The notes under the pieces are model-generated. The model was not told the origin of the DNA. It saw nothing but the letters and a program-made list of their open reading frames with translations, and ran no database searches. A program made the translations under genes and the position numbers. From positions 32,001-96,000 of the forward strand of contig JBGAML010000016.1 in the NCBI GenBank assembly GCA_044223005.1: DNA of 64,000 bases, given 5' to 3'. Below are positions 29,601-39,025 of this stretch, piece after piece. Position 1 is the first letter of the stretch. Every line of letters begins with the position of its first letter. The stretch is from Candidatus Eiseniibacteriota bacterium (GTDB lineage: Bacteria; Eisenbacteria; RBG-16-71-46).

Positions 29601-31936
29601 ACAAGACGGGCGGGTCGGGCAACGTCGGTACGATCTCGTCGGACATCTGGCAGTGGTTCAACGATGCGTTCCCGGTCGCCAACGGCGTCGCCCTCGGTAC
29701 GGGCACGACGGTTGCGGCTCTGGATACGTGTGTCGCTCACATCGACGGCGCGCTGAACAACGCCCAGGGCACGGCCACGGCCGGTCTGGGTGGCCTGCGT
29801 CTGTCGGTGCTGGCGGACTCGATCGTCGTGATCGCCGGTGACCGCGCCGCTCTGGGTGTCGGTGACACGAACTCGACGAAGGTCCGTGTCGACCTCGTGT
29901 TCCGCATCCTCCCCGGCGTCGGCAACTACCAGAACCTGGTGAACTCGCCGGCCCGCGTCTACCCGCCGAACGCTTCGATGGTGCTGCTGCAGCGTGCGGA
30001 CAACCAGAACCTCGTCGTGAACACGGCTGACGTGAACGATCACTCGTTCTGGGCCGAGTACATGCGCGCGCCTGGTCAGTTCTCGTCCGGCACGCACCAC
30101 AGCGGTGCCTGGTGGGATCCGCTGACCTGGAACTCGGCTCGTTGCGACACGGTGGAGACGAACTTCTTCCCGTCCGCTCCGGCTGCCCAGGTTTCGGCGA
30201 CGTTCCCGACGCGTCCGGGCTTCTTCCAGTCGACGTACCACGAGGAAGATCCCAAGTTCAGCCTGCTTGGCATCTCGCACGGCCGTTGCTTCGTGATCGA
30301 CACCACGATCAACCTCGCCAACAGCACGAACGTCGTGTGCGGTTCGGCGCCGGCGTGGGTCACCACGGTTCCGCAGTCGCGTACCGGCTGGGACGGCACG
30401 GTCACCACGAAGGAAGGCACGAAGATCCTGCCGGACGGTCTGCTGACGCCTGGCGCGCACGTGCAGTACTTCTTCCGCAAGTCGCAGATCTTCCAGTTCA
30501 ACGGCTACGCGCTGGATCCCGACACCGAGCAGATCATCTACCAGGCGACTGAAGACAACTACGATCAGCACCGCTGGCAGGAGATCGGTGTTCTTCCGGA
30601 TCGTTGGAAGGACACGCAGTTCGGTGGCTCCGGCATGGCCTGCATGCTGTACGCGGACTACAACGATCGTCGTGGTGACGAAGCCGTGTGGGTGTCCGTC
30701 ATGGACTCCATCGGTGGCACCGCTTCGAACAAGTGGGGCGCGCACAACGGCTGGCACGCGGCGGGTGGCGTGAACCTGAACGTCAACTCGAACCCGAGCC
30801 TCCCGGCTCAGGCGTACGTCTACGGCCGCAACGCGCAGCCGGGCACCACGTGGGACAAGTACGACGTCCGCGCGACGGAGTCCGGTAGCTCGGTCGGTAC
30901 GCGCATCGGTGGCCGCGTGATCATCCAGGGCGCTGATCTGCTCCTGGGTCACGATGCCAACGTCGCTCCGACGCCGGCGATGCTGCGTCAGTACTACCGC
31001 TTCATCTCGCTGCTGACCGGCGACCTCAACTCGGGCGACCTGGGTCCGCGTCTGGACCTCGAGCAGCCCGAAGACGACATCGCGATCCTGACCGACTTCC
31101 TCAGCACGAACGCTGGCCTCACGGCGAAGCCGCGCGGTCTGTTCGTGGCGGGTCATGGTTTCGCGGAGTCCGAGGCTGCGGACCCGGCGCACGCGACGTG
31201 GATGGCGAGCTGGCTGGGCACCAACCTGGTCAACGCGTCGTACCGCGCGCTGTCCGGCAACACGACGGCCGGCTGCTCGGACCTGTACTCGGCGACGGTC
31301 ATCACGCCCGCGGCCGACATCTACGGTGTCCAGCTGTCCTGCCGCTTCACGAACGACGTCCTTGCTGCCAACCCGTCGCTCCCGCTGACCGCTCCCGTGA
31401 GCTGGTATGAAGGCCCGACGCATACGACGTATGCGGCGTCGGTCTATCACCCGGCGAACGGCTCGGACAACTGGATCTCGCTGGTTGACGGCTTCGACCT
31501 GTACAACATGTGGGGCCGTTACTGCACCACGAGCTACGGCCGCCTGGCGTACACCTACAAGGTCATGACCAACGTGTTCGGCAGCCTCTGCAACAACTGG
31601 GGCCCGCCGTCCAGCACGCTGGACGTGCCCAGCAACGGTCGCGGTGGCCAGCTCGTCAACTTCATGAAGGTTGGCAACTCGGTCATGCGCTCCGGCAACG
31701 CGACGATCCGCTTCGGTGTCGAGGCCACGGGTCGTGCGCGCCTGCGTCTGTACGACGTCACGGGCCGTCTGGTCCGCACGCTCGCCGACAAGACCTACCA
31801 GGGTGGCCAGGAGTACTCGGTCCTCTGGGACGGCCGTGACGACGGCGGCAACCAGGTCGCGCGTGGTGTCTACTTCGCCCGCATCGACTACGCGGACGGC
31901 AAGGCTGTCAACGGCCGTGTCGTGGTCCTGCAGTAA
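26639..31936 (+). CDS. Giant secreted/surface protein (~1765 aa) with C-terminal FlgD-Ig/T9SS-like sorting domain
   Basis: RBS GGAGG; signal peptide MKKAFLALLLLVGAAAMMASAAFA; C-terminus LYDVTGRLVRTL...WDGRDDGG..VARGVYFARI; Asn/Thr/Gly/Trp-rich. Confidence 0.93.
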   Translation: MKKAFLALLLLVGAAAMMASAAFALDGQNEFTGIQRSHASLATRAQNAGTMGGAAAIYDTTWVGHSASNHFNAANNWWNIYTGTYRPGVAIANNALWDFEDLTNMAAGFADSLQGWWPTGDRQGSVAGFTDDLLYSYLGLDHGNQVNYAMRGYLGRTKGVIGAWHADPGKNAGIGVTWAPMSGSYSAWCGLRETNDNTVIDQVTKNPFNSSTAEFNNLLVGLTAKNYPGYCRSWDQMLYRDLAPTAGQPLTLSFLYRTRMSLGANTSTTGRIGWFHGDPLSTTPGNFISAAASAPTTIVDSFQVFIGVPVNEAAVTLSNGTTAPVYDKQRRWFSEVVQMFNGAPLYEVMSRAGANPATTDTTGFNSFSAVIDAPTVASITGFAGNPTGNVRLVFRVKTNSSFDDQAGTFNSASRGAAQIDDVTIQWGAAAASNIGDFEGLEQSGPNSIDNRFDGTHQVNYAMRGYLGRTKGVIGAWHADPGKNAGIGVTWAPMSGSYSAWCGLRETNDNTVIDQVTKNPFNATTAEFNVQNVGLTAKNFPGYCRQWDQMLYRDLVPTAGQPLTLSFLYRTRMSLGANTSTTGRIGWFHGDPLWTAAGNFISAAAAAPTTIVDSFQVYVGVPVNDAAVTLSNGNVSPVFDPQRRWFSEVLQMFNGAPMVEVMARAGANPATTDTTGFVTFSTTIEAPTVASIATSPLNPTGNVRLVFRVKTNSSFDDQAGNFDSASRGAAQIDDVTIQWGAAAASNIGDFEGLEQSGPNSIDNRFDGTHTAVTNWRSTGRPTPNDWHATPLTGLPWSDICGPIGAATRTCNMIGNVLDAGNADQGEALGDPSTDATIEFRSGAISPTIDLTTTVSPNPMGITSAIVGGSDDYYIRYDVYTGDFDALGNTGVFWWWAAQSYPNVQANGAKTWGDITAGGTILYEPDIRCYGDIEPLKAKSKIQTSNASGLPDSLRIYLGLYALNGFYGDPLGANPAFGCYFDNVSLAIVNKTGGSGNVGTISSDIWQWFNDAFPVANGVALGTGTTVAALDTCVAHIDGALNNAQGTATAGLGGLRLSVLADSIVVIAGDRAALGVGDTNSTKVRVDLVFRILPGVGNYQNLVNSPARVYPPNASMVLLQRADNQNLVVNTADVNDHSFWAEYMRAPGQFSSGTHHSGAWWDPLTWNSARCDTVETNFFPSAPAAQVSATFPTRPGFFQSTYHEEDPKFSLLGISHGRCFVIDTTINLANSTNVVCGSAPAWVTTVPQSRTGWDGTVTTKEGTKILPDGLLTPGAHVQYFFRKSQIFQFNGYALDPDTEQIIYQATEDNYDQHRWQEIGVLPDRWKDTQFGGSGMACMLYADYNDRRGDEAVWVSVMDSIGGTASNKWGAHNGWHAAGGVNLNVNSNPSLPAQAYVYGRNAQPGTTWDKYDVRATESGSSVGTRIGGRVIIQGADLLLGHDANVAPTPAMLRQYYRFISLLTGDLNSGDLGPRLDLEQPEDDIAILTDFLSTNAGLTAKPRGLFVAGHGFAESEAADPAHATWMASWLGTNLVNASYRALSGNTTAGCSDLYSATVITPAADIYGVQLSCRFTNDVLAANPSLPLTAPVSWYEGPTHTTYAASVYHPANGSDNWISLVDGFDLYNMWGRYCTTSYGRLAYTYKVMTNVFGSLCNNWGPPSSTLDVPSNGRGGQLVNFMKVGNSVMRSGNATIRFGVEATGRARLRLYDVTGRLVRTLADKTYQGGQEYSVLWDGRDDGGNQVARGVYFARIDYADGKAVNGRVVVLQ
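27069..28942 (+). repeat. 936-bp (312-aa) in-frame tandem duplication
   Basis: 27069-28006 versus 28005-28942; near-identical ends and diverged middle. Confidence 0.97.
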
Positions 31937-31961
31937 GCGAAGAGCAGTCCAGACGTAAACG

Positions 31962-32003
31962 GAGGAGGGCGGGGAGCGATCCCCGCCCTCCTCTCGTCTT
32001 TTC
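31962..32003 (+). terminator. Rho-independent terminator
   Basis: GAGGAGGGCGGGGA-GCGA-TCCCCGCCCTCCTC followed by TCGTCTTTT. Confidence 0.85.
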
Positions 32004-32170
32004 GTCTTTGGGAGGGGCCCGCCGTTCGCTCGGGGGAGGCCACCGCAAGCGCCTCGCAAATCGGGCCCAAGAAGCTACGCGCCCGGGATCGGGCCGCGAA
32101 TTCGGCGTGAGTCCCAGCCAGCGCCGCCGAGGCTCGGGTGTGTTCTCCCAAGTCCCAGCAGTGATTTGCC

Positions 32171-32199
32171 TTGACGCTCGCGTGGAAGCGCCCTAGCCT
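32171..32199 (+). promoter_or_regulatory. Sigma70-type promoter of the lipoprotein operon
   Basis: TTGACG-17 bp-TAGCCT. Confidence 0.6.
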
Positions 32200-32244
32200 G
32201 CGCGTAATTCCCTTCCAACTGACTGGGCGTGCTGGGGGGCGCGA

Positions 32245-34308
32245 ATGCGCTTGCGTTTCGGGGCTGTCCTTTGCCTTTTCCTTGCCATCATCGCTGCGAG
32301 CTGTCGTAAGGGGCTCGAGCCATCTGCCAGCAGTAACCAGGCACCAGAGACGTGGATCACGGCGGCGCCGCCGGACACGCTCACGTCGCGAAACGGTTCG
32401 GACCTGACGCCGGGAACACCGGCGATGATTCCGTCGCGTTTCCACGTGTACTGGGCTGGTTCCGATCGTGACGGCGCCGTCGTCGGCTACTACTGGGCCG
32501 TCACCGAGACGCTCGCGACCCCGCAGCCGGGGTTCTCGACGACTCCGCCACTGCCCGGGCCGAAGGCGCGCGACTACCACTTCACCACGAACTCGGACAC
32601 GACCTTCACCTTCAGCGCGTCGATCGACGTGCAGGACCGTGTGCACACGCTCTACGTGTACGCCGTCGACGACAAGGGGAAGGCCGACCCGACGCCCGCG
32701 CGCGTGAACTTCCGCGCCAACGACCGCTTCCCGCCGATCGGGATCTTCGATCTCGCGCGCGCGACCGGAACGGTCTACGTCGGGAACCCCGTGGTGCCAC
32801 AGGTATACGTCCAGGCACTCACGGACACCTTCATCCCGAAGAAGGTGTTCTCACGCGACACCGTTCCCTCGGGCGCGCTCCTCGAGTTCCGCTGGCACGG
32901 CGAAGCGACGTCCGTCGGCGGCGAACCGATCGGCTACCAGTACAAGCTCGACGAAGCCACCTGGAACATCGTGGATTCGACGGTCCACACGGCGACGTAC
33001 AACACCCACGTCGGGCCGGACAACATCGCGACCGGGACCAAGATCTTCTCGCTCCGCACCGTCGGCCCCACCGGCTGGCGCACGGAGACGTCGCGGTTCT
33101 TCGAGATGAACTTCGCGCCGGACGGGTGGTTCTCGGGCCCGGATCTCTCGAATCCGATCTGGACGACGTTCCGTGACCACGGCGGCACCGGGCACCAGTA
33201 CTGGGTGACGGACGTCAACTGGGGCGATGCCACCACGCCGCTCGCGACGATCCCGGGCACCATGCTCTCGTCCGACTCGGCGACCACGCTGCCTGCCTCC
33301 CGGCCCGCGCGGAAGACGTTCTTCGAGATCTACAAGGACCAGATCTGGGCGCACCAGGAAGGCGACACGGTCAGCATGAACTCGTTCGTCGTCTTCCCGG
33401 TCGGCGGTTCCGACAAGGACTCGCCGTACAACGTGCACGTGGGCGTCGACAACCTGAAGCCGCCGGGCGTCGTCACCACGATCGGCCCCGCGAACGGCTC
33501 GCCGGTCGGGTTCCACGGCCTCGTCCTCACCCAGAAGCCGAACGGCCAGATCGTGAGCCCGACGGAATCGACGATCTTCCCGGTCTTCGACCTCGCCTCG
33601 GTCTACATCCAGCGCAAGATCAGCTACTACGCCGGCATGACCACGACCGGCAAGTGCTACGCCTACGTCGTGGCCGAGGACGGCGACGGCACGATCGATC
33701 GGCGCATCGCGAAGGCCGGCGGCCCCAACATCGTCGCGGACTCCGTGGACTTCCACAACAGCGTCGCGTCGGACGAGATCAAGGGCATCCGCGACAAGGT
33801 GATGGTCTTCTACGTCAACCACGCACCGTTCCTGATGAGCTCCGACGGGACGTTCGTGCCCCAGCCGAACGCCTCGTTCCAGCGTGGATCCGTGGTGCCG
33901 TTCAACCTGCTCGCCGACGATCAGGACCCGTTCAACTTCTCGGCGGCCAACCCGCGTTCCGGCGGGCCGCAGGTGGGCATCGGCAAGGTGCTCATTCGCA
34001 GCGTTTCCATCAGCGGCACGGACATCAACGGGCGCGACACGACGGTCGTGATCGGCGCTACGTTCGAGAACCAGAACGTCAGCTTCCTCATGCCGACGAT
34101 CTTCGCGCCGGGTGCGGCGCACGCCAGGATCCAGGTGTGCGACTTCCGCTCCTCCGACGCCGGCCTCGGCAACTTCGGCCGCTGCAGCGACGTGCTCGAC
34201 GTGCCGATCACCATCACGGGACCCGTACCTGCCGATGCATCCGGGGCATCGCAGCAATCGATGAACCGACCGGGGCTAACGCCCACCGGCAGGAGGCAGC
34301 AGCCATGA
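32245..34308 (+). CDS. Large lipoprotein with Fn3/Ig-like modules, function unknown
   Basis: Lipobox IAASC; NQAPETWIT, WAGSDRDG, YVYAVDDKGKADPTPA. Confidence 0.88.
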   Translation: MRLRFGAVLCLFLAIIAASCRKGLEPSASSNQAPETWITAAPPDTLTSRNGSDLTPGTPAMIPSRFHVYWAGSDRDGAVVGYYWAVTETLATPQPGFSTTPPLPGPKARDYHFTTNSDTTFTFSASIDVQDRVHTLYVYAVDDKGKADPTPARVNFRANDRFPPIGIFDLARATGTVYVGNPVVPQVYVQALTDTFIPKKVFSRDTVPSGALLEFRWHGEATSVGGEPIGYQYKLDEATWNIVDSTVHTATYNTHVGPDNIATGTKIFSLRTVGPTGWRTETSRFFEMNFAPDGWFSGPDLSNPIWTTFRDHGGTGHQYWVTDVNWGDATTPLATIPGTMLSSDSATTLPASRPARKTFFEIYKDQIWAHQEGDTVSMNSFVVFPVGGSDKDSPYNVHVGVDNLKPPGVVTTIGPANGSPVGFHGLVLTQKPNGQIVSPTESTIFPVFDLASVYIQRKISYYAGMTTTGKCYAYVVAEDGDGTIDRRIAKAGGPNIVADSVDFHNSVASDEIKGIRDKVMVFYVNHAPFLMSSDGTFVPQPNASFQRGSVVPFNLLADDQDPFNFSAANPRSGGPQVGIGKVLIRSVSISGTDINGRDTTVVIGATFENQNVSFLMPTIFAPGAAHARIQVCDFRSSDAGLGNFGRCSDVLDVPITITGPVPADASGASQQSMNRPGLTPTGRRQQP

Positions 34309-36773
34309 AGTTCCGCTCGTACTTCGCATTCGCGATTCTCGCGGGCGTGGTGGCCCTTTCGTTCGCGGCCGTCGGCTGCAGCAAGAAGGGCGGCATCCGC
34401 ACGCTCATCCCGAACCGCCGCCCGTCGGTGGAGATCACCTCGGCGCCGGTCGACACGCGGGACACCTCGTTCTACGCGTACAAGATCAACTGGTCCGGCG
34501 ACGATCCGGACGGCCGTGTCGACCATTTCGAGTACGCGGTCGACGCGACGCCTGGCGACACCGTCTGGACGTCGTCCACGAAGAACGAGAACACGTTCTT
34601 CTTCAAGTCGTCGCAGCCCGTGCTGGGTGGCAAGGCCGGCTCGCAGACGCGCTCGGTCGACCCGCACCGGTTCGTGATCCGCGCGGTCGACAACCAGGGC
34701 CTGCGTTCCGAACTGCGGACTCGCGACTTCTTCTCCTACACGGTCGCACCGACGGTGATCATCAACTCGCCGCAGCCGTCGACGCAGTTGGCGCGGAGCC
34801 TGACTCCGTCCGTGCGCATCAGCTGGCAGGGCTCGGATCCCGACGGCCAGTTCACGCAGAAGCCCATCAAGTACAAGTTCAAGCTGTTCGCCGACGGCAA
34901 TCCCGAGTTCAGCCTCAACACGATGCTGACCAACAACTCCCAGCTGAACGGGCCGGACTCGCTCCGCCGTTACTACGCGCTGCTGAACTTCGCGGGCTGG
35001 GATTCGTGCGGCGGTGACACGACGACGGCGCAGTACAACGGCCTCAAGCCGTCGTCGCAGTACGTCTTCGTGGTGGTGGCGTTCGACGAAGCCGGCGCCT
35101 ACTCGCCGAACTTTGGCCGCAGCAGCAACATGCTGCTGTTCGAGGTCGGGTTCGCCGGCCAGCTCGGACCGATCATCACGGTCTTCAACGAGTTCTTCTT
35201 CTACCGCCCCACGACCGGAGGCTTCGCGCCGGACAACCCGGTCACGTGGCAGTTCCTCGAGGTGGCGGCCTCGCGCAAGGTGACGTTCAACTGGTTCGCC
35301 GACCCGCCGCCGGGCGCGCTCATCCAGTGGTATCGCTGGAAGCTGGACGGTGACGTGGGCGACGAGACGCCGCGCTCGGGCGACGACGACTGGTACCACT
35401 GGTCGTCCAAGAGCGTCGGCATCACCTCGTGCACGATCGGGCCTTTCGTGCCCGGCATCGATCACAAGCTCTACATCGAGGCCTTCGACAACGTCGGGCT
35501 GCTGAGCATCGTCACGATCGTGATCAAGCCGATCCAGCCGACGTTCGATCAGGACCTGTTGATCGTCGACGACACGCGGCTCGAGCCGGACAAGTTCAAT
35601 ACCAGCCCGTTGAAACCGGATCTCTACACCGAATTCTGGCCGTCGGCGGCCGAGCTGGACACCTTCCTGTACGCGCGGGGCAACTTCCCGTGGCGTGGCG
35701 CCCAGGTGACCGTGCCGTCTCCGGTGAGCAAGCCGGGCGTCTTCGCCGGCTATCCGTTCGACACCCTCGGAACCCGCCAGGGTCTCGAGATCCAGTCGAA
35801 CGGTGTTCCGCTCAGCACCCTCGGGAAGTACCGCCACGTCATCTGGATGGTCGACAAGAACTCGGTCAGGAACACAGACTCGGGCCTCGACCGGAACACG
35901 CCGATGGGTACCTTGCGGTGGATGAGCACCCCGGGCCACCTGAACACGCTGGGTTCGTACTTCATCTCCGGAGGCGAGATCTGGCTGCTCGGCGGGCAGG
36001 CGGGCAACGCGACGCTGCTCTCGTTCAATGCCACGGGCAGCAAGGACAACGACACCAAGTACGGCAGCCTGCAGATGAAGGTGTACGGCAACCGCGAAGG
36101 CGAGCTGGTGCCCGGTCGCCTCATGTACGACGCCGCGCACTGGCAGAGCGAGTTCATTTCGCAGTCACCCCTGTCGTCCGCGACGTTGGTCAAGGCGACG
36201 AGCCTGGCGACCAAGAAGCCCTGGGTCAGCCCCGGCTGGAGCTTCTCGCGCCCGCTCACGAGCCCTGACTACAACCACCTGCCCCTGCAGATGAACCCCC
36301 GGTCCCTTGCGAGAGGGGACTCGCTGCCCCCGACGCGAACCGCGAGCCAGAGCGCGCTGTACTTCAATACGACGGTGAGCATCGTGGCCGAATACCTCTC
36401 GGATGCGAATCGCATCTACGAGGACTACAACCCGTCGCCATCGGTCGACAGCCTGGAATCGTCGCTGGATTCGCTCATGGACATCCGAGGGGGCGGTTCG
36501 AGGGGCAACGGGGAGCACGTGGCGATGACGTACTACCACGGCGTCACGACGCCCTCGTTCATCTTCTCCGGGTTCGACATCTGGTACTGGTCGCGTGCCG
36601 ACGTCGTCACGCTCGTCGACTTCGTCATGCACGACATCTGGGGACTGAACCGAACCACCGCTCCGAGCACGTCCGCGCGGCCCGCGCTGTACCCGGCGCA
36701 CGCGACGACACCCCGTGCCATCCCGGTCGCGAGCCGCAGCGCCGTTCCGCTCGGCAGGGTCACTGGGCGATAG
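34305..36773 (+). CDS. Large lipoprotein with repeated Fn3/Ig-like modules, function unknown
   Basis: RBS AGGAGG, ATGA overlap, lipobox AAVGC; WSGDDPDG/RAVDNQG, WQGSDPDG/VAFDEAG, EAFDNVG. Confidence 0.88.
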   Translation: MKFRSYFAFAILAGVVALSFAAVGCSKKGGIRTLIPNRRPSVEITSAPVDTRDTSFYAYKINWSGDDPDGRVDHFEYAVDATPGDTVWTSSTKNENTFFFKSSQPVLGGKAGSQTRSVDPHRFVIRAVDNQGLRSELRTRDFFSYTVAPTVIINSPQPSTQLARSLTPSVRISWQGSDPDGQFTQKPIKYKFKLFADGNPEFSLNTMLTNNSQLNGPDSLRRYYALLNFAGWDSCGGDTTTAQYNGLKPSSQYVFVVVAFDEAGAYSPNFGRSSNMLLFEVGFAGQLGPIITVFNEFFFYRPTTGGFAPDNPVTWQFLEVAASRKVTFNWFADPPPGALIQWYRWKLDGDVGDETPRSGDDDWYHWSSKSVGITSCTIGPFVPGIDHKLYIEAFDNVGLLSIVTIVIKPIQPTFDQDLLIVDDTRLEPDKFNTSPLKPDLYTEFWPSAAELDTFLYARGNFPWRGAQVTVPSPVSKPGVFAGYPFDTLGTRQGLEIQSNGVPLSTLGKYRHVIWMVDKNSVRNTDSGLDRNTPMGTLRWMSTPGHLNTLGSYFISGGEIWLLGGQAGNATLLSFNATGSKDNDTKYGSLQMKVYGNREGELVPGRLMYDAAHWQSEFISQSPLSSATLVKATSLATKKPWVSPGWSFSRPLTSPDYNHLPLQMNPRSLARGDSLPPTRTASQSALYFNTTVSIVAEYLSDANRIYEDYNPSPSVDSLESSLDSLMDIRGGGSRGNGEHVAMTYYHGVTTPSFIFSGFDIWYWSRADVVTLVDFVMHDIWGLNRTTAPSTSARPALYPAHATTPRAIPVASRSAVPLGRVTGR

Positions 36774-36776
36774 AGG

Positions 36777-37925
36777 ATGAACTTCATGTTCCGCTGGCAA
36801 GCTCGTCTTGCCGCCGTCACGGCGCTGGCCCTCGTGGCCGGCGCCGTCGGCGCGGCGCTCTTCGCGGGGCCGGCGCGAGCCGCGTCCGCGTTCCCGTCGA
36901 TCAAGTCGTGGGTGCTCATCGGCGCCTACCAGGACAGCACCACGCTCCCGAACGGCGACAAGCTCTGCCTCGGATACTGGGGGCCCCGGCCCGACAGCGT
37001 CCGGGTGCAGGCGCGCGCGCTCTCGCTCCGGTGGCTCCGCGACCGTGAGGCCGAGAAGCGGCCGGATTTCGGTGGCTATCGCATCTACCGGATGATCAAC
37101 ACGCCGGATACGACCACCGCCGTGCTGCTGCGTCGCTATTCGCTCAACGACCTCCGGACCTGGCACTTCACCAAGCTCGACACCGCCACGATGACGTACA
37201 GCTGTGGTGGCCGGACGGCGAGCGACAGCATCCTCACCTACGTGGATCCGGATTCGAGCGGGAACTTCATCAAGATCTGCAGGAAGCCCGGCATCCCGGG
37301 GCAGTGCTCCACGCCCGGCGACTCCGTCTGGTACCTGCAGGCGCCGCCCGGCCCTCACGACGGCTTCCGCACGTACTACACGATCACGTACGAAGCGCTG
37401 AACGGCACCGACGCGACGTTCTCCGACATGTTCGTGGCCGACACGCTGAACGCCTTCACGCGTTGCGACACCACCGGTCTCGCCTATGCGGTCGCCAACC
37501 TGGCGAGCGCGGACCCGATCGTGGCGGCGCGGGCGCGGCTCAACCTGATGACCGTGCGCAACTCGTGCCCGAACCTGAACAACAAGGCGCGGAACATCGT
37601 CGGGCCCTACTCGCCGACGGGCGGTCCGAGTGCGAATCTCGAGAGCGTCCACGTCGTGCCCAATCCGTACCGCGGTACGGCGGTGTGGGACGGCGCCAAC
37701 GCGAACGAGATCCACTTCATCAACCTGCCCGCGCACGCGACGATCAAGATCTACACCGTCTCCGGGGACCTCGTCCGCGAACTGCAGCACTCGGACACCG
37801 TCCACGACTACGAGATCTGGGACCTCAAGTCCGGCGCCGGACGGACGGTCGCCTCGGGCATCTACATGTATCGCATCGAGGCCGCTTCGTTCAGCTTCCA
37901 GAATCGTTTCGTCGTCATTCGCTGA
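36777..37925 (+). CDS. Secreted protein with T9SS/FlgD-like C-terminal domain
   Basis: Signal peptide; DFGGYRIYR; VVPNPY...IHFINLP..ATIKIYTVSGDLVREL...WDLKS..GRTVASGIYMYRIE. Confidence 0.88.
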   Translation: MNFMFRWQARLAAVTALALVAGAVGAALFAGPARAASAFPSIKSWVLIGAYQDSTTLPNGDKLCLGYWGPRPDSVRVQARALSLRWLRDREAEKRPDFGGYRIYRMINTPDTTTAVLLRRYSLNDLRTWHFTKLDTATMTYSCGGRTASDSILTYVDPDSSGNFIKICRKPGIPGQCSTPGDSVWYLQAPPGPHDGFRTYYTITYEALNGTDATFSDMFVADTLNAFTRCDTTGLAYAVANLASADPIVAARARLNLMTVRNSCPNLNNKARNIVGPYSPTGGPSANLESVHVVPNPYRGTAVWDGANANEIHFINLPAHATIKIYTVSGDLVRELQHSDTVHDYEIWDLKSGAGRTVASGIYMYRIEAASFSFQNRFVVIR

Positions 37926-37980
37926 CCGTGCCGGGGCCCGCCGATCACCGGCGGGCCTCGTCGCGTCCGGGGCGGTCCGC

Positions 37981-39000
37981 ATGCGCCTGCGTCTCGAAGC
38001 GCTCGTGCGCCGGGGCTCGATCGTGGAGAGCCGGCACGAGCTGGAACTCGCCCTCGTCGACCCGGAAGGCCGCCTGGAGGCCGCGACCGGGGACGCCGCT
38101 CGCGTGACCACCTTCCGCTCGGCGGCGAAGCCCTTCCAGCTCCTGCCGCTCGTGGAGCGCGGCCACGCCGATCGCTGGGGATTCGGTGACGCGGACCTCG
38201 CGCTGATGTCCGCCTCGCACACGGGTTCGGCGGAGCACGTCGCCGGCGTCCAGCGGCTGCTCGACCGCATCGGCCTCGGCCCGGACGCTCTCGCGTGCGG
38301 CTACCACGAGCCGGAGGATCCCGAGTCGCTCGCGCGGCTGCGTGGTGGAGCCGAATCGCCGTCGCCGCTGTACAATAATTGCTCGGGCAAGCACGCCGGA
38401 ATGCTCGCGCTCGCGCGGGCGGAAGGCTGGCCCGTGGAGGGGTACCACCTGCCGGAGCACCCCGTGCAGCAGCTCGCCCTGCGCACGGTCGCGGAACTCT
38501 GCGGCGTCGACGCCGCGTCGATCGCGACCGCCGTGGACGGCTGCAGCGTGGTGGTGTTCGCGCTCCCACTGAGCGCCATGGCGCGTGGCTACGCCGTGCT
38601 CGCGGCCGCGGCGCGGCAGCCCGGCGGCGACGCCCGTTCGCAGGCGCTCGCCCGCATCGCGCGGGCGATGATGGCGCATCCCCGGCTCGTCGAGGGCCGT
38701 GGGCGCGTGAGCACGGAGTTGATGGAAGCGGCAGCGGGAAAGCTGCTCGCGAAGTGCGGGGCGGAGGGGCTGCAGCTCGTGGCGTGGCCGGAGCGCGCGC
38801 GCGGGTTGGCGATCAAGTGCCGCGACGGCGCCACGCGCGCCACGGGGCCGGCGGTGGTCGCCGCCCTCGAACGGTTCGGGGCGCTCGAGCGAGACGAAAT
38901 CGAACGGCTGTCGTCACTGCGGCGCGCACGGGTGCACAATGCCGCGGGGCTCGACGTCGGGGACGTCACGGCGGAACTGCACGAAGCGGCGACGGCGTGA
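37981..39000 (+). CDS. L-asparaginase II (Rhizobium AnsA-type) family protein
   Basis: RGSIVESRH, RSAAKPFQ, ASHTG, NNCSGKHAGML, VDGC, KCGAEG, AIK..DG. Confidence 0.92.
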   Translation: MRLRLEALVRRGSIVESRHELELALVDPEGRLEAATGDAARVTTFRSAAKPFQLLPLVERGHADRWGFGDADLALMSASHTGSAEHVAGVQRLLDRIGLGPDALACGYHEPEDPESLARLRGGAESPSPLYNNCSGKHAGMLALARAEGWPVEGYHLPEHPVQQLALRTVAELCGVDAASIATAVDGCSVVVFALPLSAMARGYAVLAAAARQPGGDARSQALARIARAMMAHPRLVEGRGRVSTELMEAAAGKLLAKCGAEGLQLVAWPERARGLAIKCRDGATRATGPAVVAALERFGALERDEIERLSSLRRARVHNAAGLDVGDVTAELHEAATA

Positions 39001-39025
39001 TCGCCCGGCGCATCGGGGAATCGGG

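Noticed and set aside
25709..32059. 2116-aa minus-strand ORF
   Set aside because: Antisense shadow of the giant + strand gene; Arg/Val-rich with no motifs.
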